Shown piece after piece: positions 9,348 to 19,583 of a stretch of 55,924 nucleotides of DNA; position 1 is the stretch's first letter; each line of letters starts with the position of its first letter. The stretch spans positions 1 to 55,924 of the IMG/VR virus record IMGVR_UViG_3300037246_000792, one strand, 5' to 3'. Source of the DNA: a virus. Its lineage: Duplodnaviria > Caudoviricetes. Position numbers and translations under genes: made by a program. The notes under the pieces are model-generated. The model was not told the origin of the DNA and did not search any database. It worked only from the letters and a program-made list of their open reading frames with translations.

Positions 9348-9608
9348 ATGACGTTGCTAGAACAAGTGCAGTGGCTGGTTAACAACAACCCAAAGGTGAC
9401 TGCCGAGATGGCGCATGCGTGGCGCGATACGGTTGGCGAAAGTGGTGCAACGATAGGCCAGCTCAAAGGATCTGAGGTCTTGAGTGTTAACACCGATGGT
9501 GCAACCACGATCACGTTTGAATTAGAGGTGAAAGACAGCGTGTTTCTCACCCTGACAGAAGATCAAAACGCAGAGCATGGCTGGGCTGTGCAACATGAAA
9601 GGAGATAG
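9348..9608 (+). CDS. Hypothetical protein (possible partner or chaperone of the upstream fusion)
   Basis: 86 aa, closely spaced, same slightly lower-GC composition as the upstream C-terminal domain. Confidence 0.6.
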   Translation: MTLLEQVQWLVNNNPKVTAEMAHAWRDTVGESGATIGQLKGSEVLSVNTDGATTITFELEVKDSVFLTLTEDQNAEHGWAVQHERR

Positions 9609-9611
9609 GAC

Positions 9612-10976
9612 ATGAGTGGAGCAACCCTTGATTACAACGTTGATGTGAGCGTCAGCACCAGTGCAGCCCCTGTGTCTGCTGCTGGCTTTGGCGTACCAAT
9701 CTATGCCGCAGATGCGGCAAACCTTGGTGTGGGCTTCACAGAGCGTGTGAGGTTCTACAATGAGACCAGCGAGGCCGCTGCAGATAGCGACCTGAGTGCG
9801 GTTGAGCTGGCCGCTGTGACGGCTGCTTTCTCACAGAGCCCAAGGGTGTCAACGGTTGGCGTGGCACGCATCGAGGCTGACGTAGCCCAGGTGTACACCT
9901 ACACGTTCACTGGCTCCCCTGAGGTGGGTGATGTCATCAGCATCACCATTGACGGTGAGCTTGGCACTCACGTCGTAGATTCCACGGTGCTCAACGATGA
10001 GGTGAGTGACCTACGCACGGCACTCGGCACTGCCTTGACTGCGTTGGATGTGACTGTTGGCGGTGCTGACGCTGTCATCACTGTCACCGCTGATGTGGCT
10101 GGTGATGAGTTCACGCAATCCAGCTCCATCGTTCTGAATGACGCTGGCAACCTGGCAGTCGGCGCAGTAGAGACCGCCGCCAATGTCAGCATCTCAACGG
10201 AGCTGGCTGAGGTGCGCTCTGAGTCCGATGCTTGGTATGGGCTGGGTATCTTCAGCCGCGTTGCCCTGCAGATTCAGCGTGCAGCTGCCTGGGTGCAGGG
10301 TGAGGCTGGCGATGTGCTCTTCATCGGCCAGAGTGCCGATGCTGATGTGTTGACCACTGCTGACACGGACATCGGCAACACCCTCAATCAGCTCAGCTAC
10401 TCACACACTGCCATCATCTACCACGCAACATCCTCTCAATTCGCTGACATGGCATGGCTGGGCATGAAGCTGGAGGCCGACCCTGACCAGGTCACAACGA
10501 CCTGGAAGTACGCCACCTTGGCCGGTGTCACTCTGGGCAGCCTGACCCCGACTGAGCGCACCAACGCACTGGCCAACCATTGCAGCGTCTACCTGTCATT
10601 CTTCGGCAACGGTGGGACTGGTGATGGCAAGTTGGTCAATGACATTCCCATTGATGTGAAGATCACGGCCGACTGGACCAAGGCACGCATCAGGGAGCGT
10701 GTGGCTCAGAAGTTCACCGATACCTCCAATGCCAACTCGAAGGTGCCCTACACTGACCCAGGCATTGGCATCTTCGTTGCCATCCTTGAGTCAGTTCTGA
10801 AGGACGGTGAGAACATCGGACACTTCGCCATTGGCTCCACATCGGTCACGTTCCCGCTGTCCAAGGACGTTTCCACTGCCACCAAGGCAAGCCGTGAATT
10901 GACACTCAGCTTCATCGCTGTGACCGCTGGGGCCATCGAGTCAGTCACCATCACAGGCAACGTGTCTGTGGACTAG
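9612..10976 (+). CDS. Contractile tail sheath protein (DUF3383-like)
   Basis: AAGFGVP, AAFSQSP, TWKYATLAGV, KVPYTDPGI and AGAIESVTITG motifs. Confidence 0.9.
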   Translation: MSGATLDYNVDVSVSTSAAPVSAAGFGVPIYAADAANLGVGFTERVRFYNETSEAAADSDLSAVELAAVTAAFSQSPRVSTVGVARIEADVAQVYTYTFTGSPEVGDVISITIDGELGTHVVDSTVLNDEVSDLRTALGTALTALDVTVGGADAVITVTADVAGDEFTQSSSIVLNDAGNLAVGAVETAANVSISTELAEVRSESDAWYGLGIFSRVALQIQRAAAWVQGEAGDVLFIGQSADADVLTTADTDIGNTLNQLSYSHTAIIYHATSSQFADMAWLGMKLEADPDQVTTTWKYATLAGVTLGSLTPTERTNALANHCSVYLSFFGNGGTGDGKLVNDIPIDVKITADWTKARIRERVAQKFTDTSNANSKVPYTDPGIGIFVAILESVLKDGENIGHFAIGSTSVTFPLSKDVSTATKASRELTLSFIAVTAGAIESVTITGNVSVD

Positions 10977-10988
10977 AGATACCCGCAA

Positions 10989-11020
10989 GGGGCTGGCTGT
11001 GACTTACTGCGGCCAGCCCC
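10989..11020 (+). terminator. Intergenic hairpin between sheath and tube
   Basis: GGGGCTGGCTGT...GCGGCCAGCCCC, no U-tract. Confidence 0.4.
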
Positions 11021-11056
11021 GCCGACAAGCAACGACACACCAGCGAGGTGAAGAGA

Positions 11057-11488
11057 ATGGGACTCCTGAGAACTACAGACATCAAGGCCGTGCAAGTGAT
11101 TGTGAACGGCGTGCCCATGTCAGGCTTTGCTGCTGGTGATGCGGTAGTGGTGGAGCCTGAGGGTGAAGAGTGGACGATGCACTTTGGTGCAGATGGTGAC
11201 CCCACGAGAGTCAAGCAAAACAAGCCAGGTGGAAAAATCACCATCAGGCTGGCTGCCACGTCACTCCTCAACAATGTCCTTGACGGGTTTGCCGACCTGG
11301 ACAACGCCAGCCGAGCATTGCCAGTGGCAATCCTGGTGCTGGACACGCTGAGCGGGACAAGCGCATTCTGCCCACAGGCAACGCTTGAGCAGAAGCCTGG
11401 CGTAACTTTCGGGTCTGACCTCCAAGAGAAAGAGTGGGTCTACCTCTGCGGCTCACTGACGCTGAAACATCAAGGCTCGCTGTTCTAG
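11057..11488 (+). CDS. Tail tube protein (DUF3277-like)
   Basis: VNGVPMSGFAAG, GADG and ITIRLAATS motifs, directly after the sheath. Start may be 11048. Confidence 0.85.
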   Translation: MGLLRTTDIKAVQVIVNGVPMSGFAAGDAVVVEPEGEEWTMHFGADGDPTRVKQNKPGGKITIRLAATSLLNNVLDGFADLDNASRALPVAILVLDTLSGTSAFCPQATLEQKPGVTFGSDLQEKEWVYLCGSLTLKHQGSLF

Positions 11489-11511
11489 ACAGCGACTGAA
11501 CACAAGGGAGT

Positions 11512-12045
11512 GTGAAAATGGCTGGTAGAGAACCAATCCAGATGACGATCAAGGGTGATGATGGCGAGGACCACAGCTACGTGGTCATCCCGCACGGCGC
11601 AGCTGATGGCTGGCCGCTGGGGCTCAAGCTCCTCAACCTCATTGCCCCAGTGGTAGGGACTGCCCTTGACTCAGTGACGCTGGGGCTGGAGGAAGTTCCG
11701 AAAGCGCTTGGTCAGGTGACTGAGGACCTGGCCAAGATGGCCAAGAGTGGGTTCTCAGTGGGCGGGATTGGCGTTGCAGTAGGCGCCCTGGCTGGCCACA
11801 TCATGGATGACAAGAAGGTGCTGAATGAGCTGTTGGCATACACGACGCGCGACGGTCAGCAGCTCACCAACATTGCCGCTTTCACCTCTGCATATCAGGC
11901 CAACTACGGTGAGCTGGCTATGGCGATCTATGAGGTGGCAAAGGCGAATTACGGCCCTTTTTTCGCCCGAATGCTTGGCGGTTCGTCGAGCGGCAAGCTG
12001 GAGGCAGTCATGGAAAGACTCAAGGGGACCCAAGGGCAGTCATGA
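11512..12045 (+). CDS. Tail assembly chaperone (gpG-like)
   Basis: Between tube and TMP, and contains slippery site CCCTTTT at 11955. Confidence 0.8.
   Translation: MKMAGREPIQMTIKGDDGEDHSYVVIPHGAADGWPLGLKLLNLIAPVVGTALDSVTLGLEEVPKALGQVTEDLAKMAKSGFSVGGIGVAVGALAGHIMDDKKVLNELLAYTTRDGQQLTNIAAFTSAYQANYGELAMAIYEVAKANYGPFFARMLGGSSSGKLEAVMERLKGTQGQS
11955..11961 (+). other. Programmed -1 frameshift site C CCT TTT
   Basis: X XXY YYZ in the correct phase. The -1 frame is open from 11961 to the stop at 12230. Confidence 0.8.
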
Positions 12046-12230
12046 GTGAGGCCGCGGAGAGCGGCTTAAACGTTTGGATCTGGTGGCCCGCACTGAGAGG
12101 AGGATGGGATCCCGTTGAGATTGGCACGCGCTGGTCAACATGGGATACGGTCCTTGCGGTGCGGGCCTTAGTGTTTGGGTCGGTTCTGGAGTGGGCGGGC
12201 TCACCGCCACCACCACCTAAGGCGAAGTGA
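12042..12230 (+). CDS. C-terminal part (gpT-like) of the frameshifted tail chaperone
   Basis: In the -1 frame of the chaperone with no intervening stop. Confidence 0.7.
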   Translation: MSEAAESGLNVWIWWPALRGGWDPVEIGTRWSTWDTVLAVRALVFGSVLEWAGSPPPPPKAK

Positions 12231-12239
12231 GGGGAAGGG

Positions 12240-14210
12240 ATGGCTGGCAGCATCGTAGTCAGAGAGCTACTGACCCGTCTGGGTGTTCAGGCCGACACGT
12301 CCAATGTTGACGCTTTTGCTCGCGCTGTGGCTGACGTCAAGGGCGAGATGCAGCAGGCTGCTGGCGTCGCTAAGGGCGTCCTGACTACTGCCCTAGGCAA
12401 CCTGGCTGCCTCCCTTGCGCGAGGCGTAGGGATGGCTGCCAGGTCCGCTGCCATGGACCTGCTGCAGACCAACTTTGAGGCTGAGCGCATGGGCGCCAGT
12501 CTTGAGACCATCACCGGTTCTGCAGAGGGGGCAGTGGCTGCGTTTGAGCAGATCAAGCGCTTCACTGCTGACACCCCGTTCGCACTGGCCAATGTCACTG
12601 AGGCATGGATTCGTCTAGCCAATGTGGGCATTGAGCCAACAGACGAAGTGATGAAGTCGGTGGGTAACACCGCTGCTGCATTCGGGAAAGACATCGTTGA
12701 GTTTGCTGATGCGGTTGTGGCCGCTACCACTGGCGAGATGGAACGGCTCAAGATGTTTGGCATCGTTGCCAAGCAAGAGGGCAGCAAGGTCACCTTCACT
12801 TTCCGCGGCGTAAAGACAACCATCAAGAAGGACTCCAAGGAGATCGCGAAATTCCTGTTTGACCTTGGCAACAACCAGTTTGCCGGTGCTCTTGAAAGGC
12901 AGATGAAGACGCTGCCTGGCTTGTTCTCCAACCTCAAGGACAACGTGTCTTTGTTCTGGTTGACGATGGGAAAAGAGGGTGGCCTCAATGATGCAATCCG
13001 TGAGCTGCTCAAGGCGTTGATCGGCACCAGCGCAGCAGGCAAGCCACTGGCTGTCATCCTTGGGCGCATCCTCGCCAATGCTGTGCGCAAGCTCACAGCT
13101 ACCATCGAGTTTTTGAGGCGCAACAGCGATGGCATCATGAAGGTGCTGTCTGGCTTGCTCAGTCTCGTTGTGCTGCTTGGCCTGCAAGCTGTCTTGACAA
13201 GTAAGTGGTTCAAGAACTTGTCACTTGTGCTTCAAAGGGGATTCGTGAAGGGGAAGATTACTGCAGCTTTCAAGGCACTGAATGCAGCGATGACACCAGC
13301 CACCATCAAGGCTGTGCTGCTGGCTGCAGCCCTGCTGATAGTGTTCCTTGCCATTGAGGATTTGGTCGGCTTCATGACTGGCAAGGATTCTGTGATTGGG
13401 CAGATCCTTGGCGACAAAGAAGAGAAGCGCCTACGCACTGCAATCCAGAAGATCGTTGATGCGTTCATGAAGGGGTGGAACGCCATATCAGGAGCGCTTG
13501 AGAAGTTCGACGTTGACCCCTTCAGTCTCATCGCGATCGGCATTGAAATGTTGATCTTGGCGTTCGCCACCCTGATTGTGCTGCTGGTTTGGCTTGGTGA
13601 GCAGGCTGGCATCGTGGCCGCCAAGATCACCATGTGGTTTGTTGAGAAGCTGCTGCCTGACTTAAAGGCAGCATGGGAGTTGCTGCCTGCATTCTTCATC
13701 TGGCTTGGAGGGATCATCAATGGGATCATTGACGCCCTTTGGGGTGGCATAGTCGCATCAGCCAAGCAGACCCTTGGCGTACTTGAGGCTATCTTTGGCG
13801 GTATGTTCAACGCCTTTAAGATGGTCTTCATTGATCCAGTGCTGCTGCTTGTTGACCTCCTTGGACGAGCACTTAGCGCGGTGGTTGATGGCGTGCTGGC
13901 CAACACCAAGCGCACCATTCAATGGGTGGTTGACAAGGTGGGCTGGGCACAGAATGCACTTGAGGACATCGGCATTCTGTCTGCGTCTGGCGGTGGCTTT
14001 GCGCAAGGGGCTCAGGCAATCGCCCAATCAGCAGGACTCGTGGGTGCACCTGCCACGACTGGCGGTCTCAACGTCGGTGGTGTGACAGCCAGTGTCACCG
14101 TCATCACTGACAGCAACGACCCTGAGGCTGTGGGTGAGGCTGCTGCAGCTGGCACGGCCGACGGGATGGACAGCGCGTTGCGCGATGCTGAGCGCGCCCT
14201 AGCGTTCTAG
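12240..14210 (+). CDS. Tape measure protein
   Basis: FTADTPF, TGEMERLKMFGI and SNLKD tape-measure motifs, plus hydrophobic helical repeats. Confidence 0.92.
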   Translation: MAGSIVVRELLTRLGVQADTSNVDAFARAVADVKGEMQQAAGVAKGVLTTALGNLAASLARGVGMAARSAAMDLLQTNFEAERMGASLETITGSAEGAVAAFEQIKRFTADTPFALANVTEAWIRLANVGIEPTDEVMKSVGNTAAAFGKDIVEFADAVVAATTGEMERLKMFGIVAKQEGSKVTFTFRGVKTTIKKDSKEIAKFLFDLGNNQFAGALERQMKTLPGLFSNLKDNVSLFWLTMGKEGGLNDAIRELLKALIGTSAAGKPLAVILGRILANAVRKLTATIEFLRRNSDGIMKVLSGLLSLVVLLGLQAVLTSKWFKNLSLVLQRGFVKGKITAAFKALNAAMTPATIKAVLLAAALLIVFLAIEDLVGFMTGKDSVIGQILGDKEEKRLRTAIQKIVDAFMKGWNAISGALEKFDVDPFSLIAIGIEMLILAFATLIVLLVWLGEQAGIVAAKITMWFVEKLLPDLKAAWELLPAFFIWLGGIINGIIDALWGGIVASAKQTLGVLEAIFGGMFNAFKMVFIDPVLLLVDLLGRALSAVVDGVLANTKRTIQWVVDKVGWAQNALEDIGILSASGGGFAQGAQAIAQSAGLVGAPATTGGLNVGGVTASVTVITDSNDPEAVGEAAAAGTADGMDSALRDAERALAF

Positions 14211-14220
14211 GAGTGAGGCC

Positions 14221-14805
14221 ATGGCACAGGCTCGAATCATCGATCAACTACTTCAGAGCTGGGTGTTTGACGTACTCAGCTCCGAGAAGTGGGTAGACAA
14301 GACCAACTGGACAAGCCATCCAGTTGAGAGCGGCATTGAGATCAGCGACCACGCTATCCAGCTTCCCACGTCGCTGAGCCTGATGGGCATTGTGTCAGAC
14401 AGCCCACTGCCTCCTGAGCTGCCCCTACCGCTGCGTGCCAGGTGGGCCTATGAGCGGCTGCTGACTCTCAAGAATCTTGGCCAGACTGTGACGGTGGTGA
14501 CTGGGCTGAGGGTCCTACAAGACATGGGCATTACGTCCGTGTCTCTGATGCGCGACCGCAAGACTGGCAATGCCATTGCGCCACGCGTTGACCTCAAGCA
14601 AATCCGAATCGTTGCCAGCATCACCGTCCCTATCCCACCAGCTCTACTGTTGGCAGCTGCAGGTGATGCGGCAAGCAAGGCAGATGCTGGCACTCAGTCT
14701 GCTGCAGCCTCTGCGTCTACCGCCCCAGCCAAGACCCTTGCCAAGACCCTCACCACTGGCTTGGGTGGTACTGACGTGGCTGGGCTCGTCATCGGAGGTG
14801 GCTGA
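14221..14805 (+). CDS. Baseplate/distal-tail (Dit-like) protein
   Basis: TSHPVESG...ISDHA...VTVVTGLRV...LKQIRIV motif. Confidence 0.8.
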   Translation: MAQARIIDQLLQSWVFDVLSSEKWVDKTNWTSHPVESGIEISDHAIQLPTSLSLMGIVSDSPLPPELPLPLRARWAYERLLTLKNLGQTVTVVTGLRVLQDMGITSVSLMRDRKTGNAIAPRVDLKQIRIVASITVPIPPALLLAAAGDAASKADAGTQSAAASASTAPAKTLAKTLTTGLGGTDVAGLVIGGG

Positions 14806-15173
14806 TGTTGCTCTTGCCTGTGTTCGCTGGCCAGTCCCAATTCAGCTACATCGTGCGGCTGGACAATGCTGAGTACCGACTGCGCTTCACGTGGCTTGAG
14901 CGTGCTGCCAGCTGGTATCTGGATGTTGAGTTGCCTGATGGCACACGGTTGGCAACGGGTCGGCGCATCTGCACAGGGTGGAACCCACTACACAGAGACC
15001 AAGACCCAAGGCTGTGGAGTGGCTACCTCCTACCCATCCACGTTGATGGCGACCTGGACGACATGACGCAGCAGTCAGACCTCGGCTCTGTAGTGGACCT
15101 GTTCTACCTGGACGCCGATGAGGTGGTCAGCTCCAACACCACTGGGACTCTCACCATCGTGGTAGCTCCGTGA
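14805..15173 (+). CDS. Small baseplate protein
   Basis: YRLRFTW...WYLDV pattern and synteny. Confidence 0.75.
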   Translation: MLLLPVFAGQSQFSYIVRLDNAEYRLRFTWLERAASWYLDVELPDGTRLATGRRICTGWNPLHRDQDPRLWSGYLLPIHVDGDLDDMTQQSDLGSVVDLFYLDADEVVSSNTTGTLTIVVAP

Positions 15174-15979
15174 GTCTGACCTACTTCAACCGCGTTGTGG
15201 ATGTGCGCATAGGCCCCCCTGGTGGCTTTGGTAGGTCATGGACTGATATGCGGGTTGACTTTAAAGTGAAGCGCACCACCAGGCGTGACCCAGGGCGTGC
15301 GACCGTCAACCTCTACAATCTGGACACTGTAAGCCGTGGCATCATCGAGGCAACGGGCGTGTCCCTGATCCTGCGTGCTGGCTATGGCTTGATTCCGTTC
15401 CTGCTGTTCTCAGGTGACGTGAGCAAGCGTGGACGCAAAACGACCCGTAAGGGACCGGACATCATCACCACGATAGAGGGAGGTGACGGTGAGCTACTCC
15501 ACCAAGACATCGCTTTCGACATTGCCTACACCGGACCCATCGACAACCAAACTATCCTCCTGCAGATCCTGGCCGCTATGGCTACTGGCTTGGCTCCTGC
15601 TGACCCTCTGTTGCCGATGGTCTACCCGCAAGGGGCTGTCTTCTACGGCTCCGCAGCGGACGCGCTAGACACCCTGTGTGGGGATGTGGGGCAGGAGTGG
15701 AGTATTCAGGACGGACTGCTGCAGATCTTGCACCCCAGCAGCACACGCAAAGACGGGGCTGTCCTACTCACCAGTGAAACGGGGCTCGTGGGAATCCCCA
15801 CCAAGACTGACAAGGGGCTCAACCTGGTGTCACTCCTCAACGGCAACATCAAGCCTGGCTCTCTGGTGTCGGTTGGCTCTCTGACCTACACCGGATTTGC
15901 CAAAGCTAAGAAGGTCGAGCACGTTGGAGACACGCACGGCAAGGTGTTCCACACCAAGATTGAGGCGCGTGAGCTATGA
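15170..15979 (+). CDS. Baseplate hub protein
   Basis: NLYNL, LRAGY, WSIQDG, TGLVGIP and HVGDTHG motifs. Confidence 0.85.
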   Translation: MSLTYFNRVVDVRIGPPGGFGRSWTDMRVDFKVKRTTRRDPGRATVNLYNLDTVSRGIIEATGVSLILRAGYGLIPFLLFSGDVSKRGRKTTRKGPDIITTIEGGDGELLHQDIAFDIAYTGPIDNQTILLQILAAMATGLAPADPLLPMVYPQGAVFYGSAADALDTLCGDVGQEWSIQDGLLQILHPSSTRKDGAVLLTSETGLVGIPTKTDKGLNLVSLLNGNIKPGSLVSVGSLTYTGFAKAKKVEHVGDTHGKVFHTKIEAREL

Positions 15980-16668
15980 GTGGAGGCGAGACACCGAGGC
16001 TAGAGGATCTGCTACGTGACGCCATGCAGAGCGCCGTCAATGGCATCCACGTGGCGCTACCTGCTCAGGTGGTGGTGTACAACCCAGCTACTCAGCGCGT
16101 GAGCGTCAAGCCAGCCGTGAAGCTTCGCACCAGCTCAGAACCTGACGAGGTGACCGGCCTGATCCCCACCAGGTCAATGCCGATGATCCCTGATGTGCCG
16201 GTAGTGTTCCCCACTGGTGGTGGCTATGCCCTGGTGCACCCTCTTGTGGCCGGTGACTGGGTGTTGCTGGTGATCGGCTCACACACCATGGCTGAGTGGT
16301 TGACGACTGGCACGGTGGAGGCTGAGCCCCTGACTGGCAGGCGTCACAACCTGGCTGATGCGTTCGCTATCCCTGGTGCTGTGCCAGTTACTCAGCCCAG
16401 GTTGAACGCTGTGACCGGTGGGACTGACCTCCTGATGGGTAGGCAGGACGGAACCACGGAGGTGGCTGTAGGGGCTACTGACGTGCGCTTGGGCACCAGA
16501 GCTGCAGTGAATCCAGTGGCCCTGAGCATTGCCAATGAAGCTAATTGGGGCCTGTTCGATGCGTGGGCAACCACTGTGCAGGCAATGCTTGCTGGGCTTG
16601 GGTTGCCTATCACCCCGCCTTGGTCATCCCACACCAACACAGCAGCCACCAAGGTCAAGGCTATCTGA
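15976..16668 (+). CDS. Baseplate spike (Gp138/gpV-like)
   Basis: HVALPAQVV, DVPVVFP.GGG and RRHNLADAFAIPG motifs. Confidence 0.85.
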   Translation: MSGGETPRLEDLLRDAMQSAVNGIHVALPAQVVVYNPATQRVSVKPAVKLRTSSEPDEVTGLIPTRSMPMIPDVPVVFPTGGGYALVHPLVAGDWVLLVIGSHTMAEWLTTGTVEAEPLTGRRHNLADAFAIPGAVPVTQPRLNAVTGGTDLLMGRQDGTTEVAVGATDVRLGTRAAVNPVALSIANEANWGLFDAWATTVQAMLAGLGLPITPPWSSHTNTAATKVKAI

Positions 16669-17276
16669 TGGCGCATACTCCACATTGGCAGCAGATTACC
16701 GATAGCCTCAACAGCTACGCCAGCAGCATCATTGGGTCAGCCTATGACACCATCAGTTCGTTTCTCATTGCTGGGCTGTGGGAGGTCATAGGCAGGGCGG
16801 TTGCTGACTTTGGAAACGAGCTGCTGCAGGCTGGTGCTATCTACATTTTCCAAGGCGTCAATCCCACAGCAACAACAGGCGCCTACGCGCCATTTGGCAA
16901 TTGGAATTCTGACGGAGTTGATGGGCTGAGCACCGCCAATATCACACCAGTCAAGGCGGCTGGTCTTGTCAGGACTGCAGACCCTGGGCTGTATGTCGTG
17001 CTTGCACCTGTTAGCTTCTCAGGTGCGACGGCTGGCAATGTGATATTTGACTTTGAGATCCACCACTTTGATGCCAGTGCGCCCGCACTGATTCCCACTG
17101 GCTACGCCTTCAAGCGTAAGCTGGGCCCGGCTGGTGATGTTGGCGCTGCCATTGCGGTAGCGCTCGTCCGGCTAGATGAGGATGACGAAGTGGAGGTGCT
17201 GGTTTTGAACTACACAGGCAGCAAGACGATCATTATCGAGATGGCCGCCCTCATCCTCATTCGGATAGGAGCATGA
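16668..17276 (+). CDS. Hypothetical virion protein, C1q/TNF-like beta-sandwich C-terminus
   Basis: TGATG coupling to the spike gene. GLYVV...VRLDEDDEVEV pattern. Confidence 0.55.
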   Translation: MAHTPHWQQITDSLNSYASSIIGSAYDTISSFLIAGLWEVIGRAVADFGNELLQAGAIYIFQGVNPTATTGAYAPFGNWNSDGVDGLSTANITPVKAAGLVRTADPGLYVVLAPVSFSGATAGNVIFDFEIHHFDASAPALIPTGYAFKRKLGPAGDVGAAIAVALVRLDEDDEVEVLVLNYTGSKTIIIEMAALILIRIGA

Positions 17277-17396
17277 CGTGAGAGTGTCCAGCAGGCTCGT
17301 ACAGCCCGACCAGCCCCTTTGCCACCTGGCACAAGGGGCATACTGCTGTGGGCTCACAGCGAGCAAGCGAGACGCCCTAGCGCTGAGGCCTGTGCT

Positions 17397-17819
17397 ATGT
17401 ACAACTTGAAACTCAACCCCACCACCTGGGATCTGGAGTTCAGCGATGAGGGGCAGCTGCAGCTAGTGGACGGCGCAGAACTGGTTGCTCAGCGTCTGAC
17501 CTACAGACTGCGCACCCATGTCAATGAGTGGCTGTTAGACGTCACCATGGGACTGGACTACCGAGGCAACATCTTGATCAAGGCTGTTGACCTCGGCCTG
17601 GTACGCGCCGAGATCTTGGTGTTGCTTCAGACGTGCCCAGGTGTGCAGAGAGTGACTCAGCTTGACCTTGACCATGACACCGCGGCTCGTCACCTAGACG
17701 TGACGTTTGCAGTCCTGACGGATGAGGGTGATACGCTGATTGCCACCGCTGAGGGTGATGACCTCCTGTCAGTCCTCGGCTGCCTCATCTTTGTGCCCAT
17801 TGCCCCACTGGTGATCTAG
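17397..17819 (+). CDS. Baseplate wedge / sheath initiator (gp25/DUF2634-like)
   Basis: QRLTYRLRTHVNEWLLDVTMGLDY and PGVQRV motifs. Confidence 0.8.
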   Translation: MYNLKLNPTTWDLEFSDEGQLQLVDGAELVAQRLTYRLRTHVNEWLLDVTMGLDYRGNILIKAVDLGLVRAEILVLLQTCPGVQRVTQLDLDHDTAARHLDVTFAVLTDEGDTLIATAEGDDLLSVLGCLIFVPIAPLVI

Positions 17820-17829
17820 GAGACTGACG

Positions 17830-19002
17830 ATGACAGGATTGACAAGCACGGGCCTAGTGGTGAAGCGGGTTGCCGACGTGCGGACAGACCTCAAGGCAGC
17901 CGCCAAAGAGCCCGCCCCTGACGGCTTCGGCGCAGGCGTAGACACTGGCGACGATGGCCCCTTGGGCAAGCTGATTGGGCTAATCGCTGTGGAGCTGGGC
18001 AGCTCCTGGGCTGCCCTGCAGCAAGTCTACGATGCGTTTGACCCAGACGCTGCAGGCAATGAGGCGCTTGAAAATCTGGCTGCTCTGGTCGGTGTCAACA
18101 GGCTCCCCGCTACCAGCACCACGGTCACGCTCCAGGTGGACGGCACAGCTGGCACAGTGATCCCTGCAGGCAGTCTGGCACGTGTTGCCAATGGGCCCAT
18201 CCTAGAGACCACTGAGGAGGTCACTCTGACTGGCTCACCTGATGACGTGGCAGCCCAGGTGGTTGAGACAGGGGCCACAGAGATCCTGGCCACTGAGGTT
18301 GACACCGTAGTCACTGCCATAGCTGGGTGGACGAGTGTCGACAATGCAGCCGATGGCGTGACAGGTGAGGATCTGGAGACAGACGCAGAGCTACGCTTGC
18401 GCAGAGAGGCAAGCCTACAGTCAATCGGCGCTGGCTCGGTGGGCGCCATCAGATCCAAGCTCCTGGCCATCACCGAGATTGACGCAGCCCTAGTGCTGAC
18501 TAATCGAACACTCGTGGTGGACTCCGATGGCCTACCAGGTAAGAGCTTTCGGGCTGTGGTGTGGTCAGGCAGTCCGGCCGCTGCTGACGATGACGACATT
18601 GCCACTGCCATATTTGACAGCATGCCAGCAGGCATCTACCCAGACGGCACAACCGTTGCCGCTGTCACTGACGATCAAGGCATTGCGCAGACTGTGAGAT
18701 GGGATGAGGCATCAGAGCAAGCTGTGTATGTGAATGCAGCGCTGACCACTGGCTCCGACTACCCAGCCGATGGTGATGACCTGGTGAAAGCTGCCATCGT
18801 GACAGCTGCTGCTACACTGAGCATCGGTGATGATGTGGTGCTGTACTCTCTGCTCGTGGCCACTGGTGCCATCACTGGGATTCTCACATGTGTCATCACG
18901 GCGTTGGTTGGCAGTGCTCCTGGTGGTGGTGACACGTCAGACCTTGCGATGGCCAACACTCAGATTGCAACCGTTGCTATCGGCAACGTGACTGTGAGTT
19001 AG
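17830..19002 (+). CDS. Baseplate J/gp47-family protein
   Basis: GTVIPAGS, GEDLETDAELRLR and LSIGDDV motifs. Confidence 0.92.
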   Translation: MTGLTSTGLVVKRVADVRTDLKAAAKEPAPDGFGAGVDTGDDGPLGKLIGLIAVELGSSWAALQQVYDAFDPDAAGNEALENLAALVGVNRLPATSTTVTLQVDGTAGTVIPAGSLARVANGPILETTEEVTLTGSPDDVAAQVVETGATEILATEVDTVVTAIAGWTSVDNAADGVTGEDLETDAELRLRREASLQSIGAGSVGAIRSKLLAITEIDAALVLTNRTLVVDSDGLPGKSFRAVVWSGSPAAADDDDIATAIFDSMPAGIYPDGTTVAAVTDDQGIAQTVRWDEASEQAVYVNAALTTGSDYPADGDDLVKAAIVTAAATLSIGDDVVLYSLLVATGAITGILTCVITALVGSAPGGGDTSDLAMANTQIATVAIGNVTVS

Positions 19003-19004
19003 GA

Positions 19005-19583
19005 ATGGCAACTATCACACTCAACACTGAGCACGTTGCAGACGCTCTGGCTAATGCGCTCAGTCAATTCGACGATTCCACCAACCTGCTCACCATGGTC
19101 CGCATTCTTGTTGGCCAGGTGCAGGAGCTGGAGGATGTGGTGGTGTCGTGTTTCATCGACCGCACCATTGACACAGCACAGGGTGCACAGCTCAACCAGT
19201 ACGGTGCAGTGGTTGGTCAGATTCGCGACGGGCTGACTGACTCTGAGTATCGCAAAGTGATCCGTACTCGCATCATGGCGAATCGAAGCAACACCCAGAT
19301 CAACACCATCCTGGCAGTGGTCGCCCTACTCGCTGAGCCACCTGGTGCAGTACGCTACACGCTCTTGCACCCAGCTGCGTATCAGCTGGAGTACACTGTT
19401 GCAGAGCCGACGAGCACGCTGATGCGCAAATGGATTGCCGCTCATGCGCTGGCTGCTACTCCTGCTGGGGTGTCACTGGCTCACATTGCAGAGACCACCC
19501 TACTGAGTGGCTATTTCGGATTCCTAGAAGACGATGACGCCCTGGGCTTTGATGAGGGCATTATGAGCACGGAGATTCTCTGA
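19005..19583 (+). CDS. Baseplate wedge protein (DUF2612/gpI-like)
   Basis: IDTAQGAQLNQYGAVVG, LTDSEYR, PAGV and YFGF motifs. Confidence 0.85.
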   Translation: MATITLNTEHVADALANALSQFDDSTNLLTMVRILVGQVQELEDVVVSCFIDRTIDTAQGAQLNQYGAVVGQIRDGLTDSEYRKVIRTRIMANRSNTQINTILAVVALLAEPPGAVRYTLLHPAAYQLEYTVAEPTSTLMRKWIAAHALAATPAGVSLAHIAETTLLSGYFGFLEDDDALGFDEGIMSTEIL

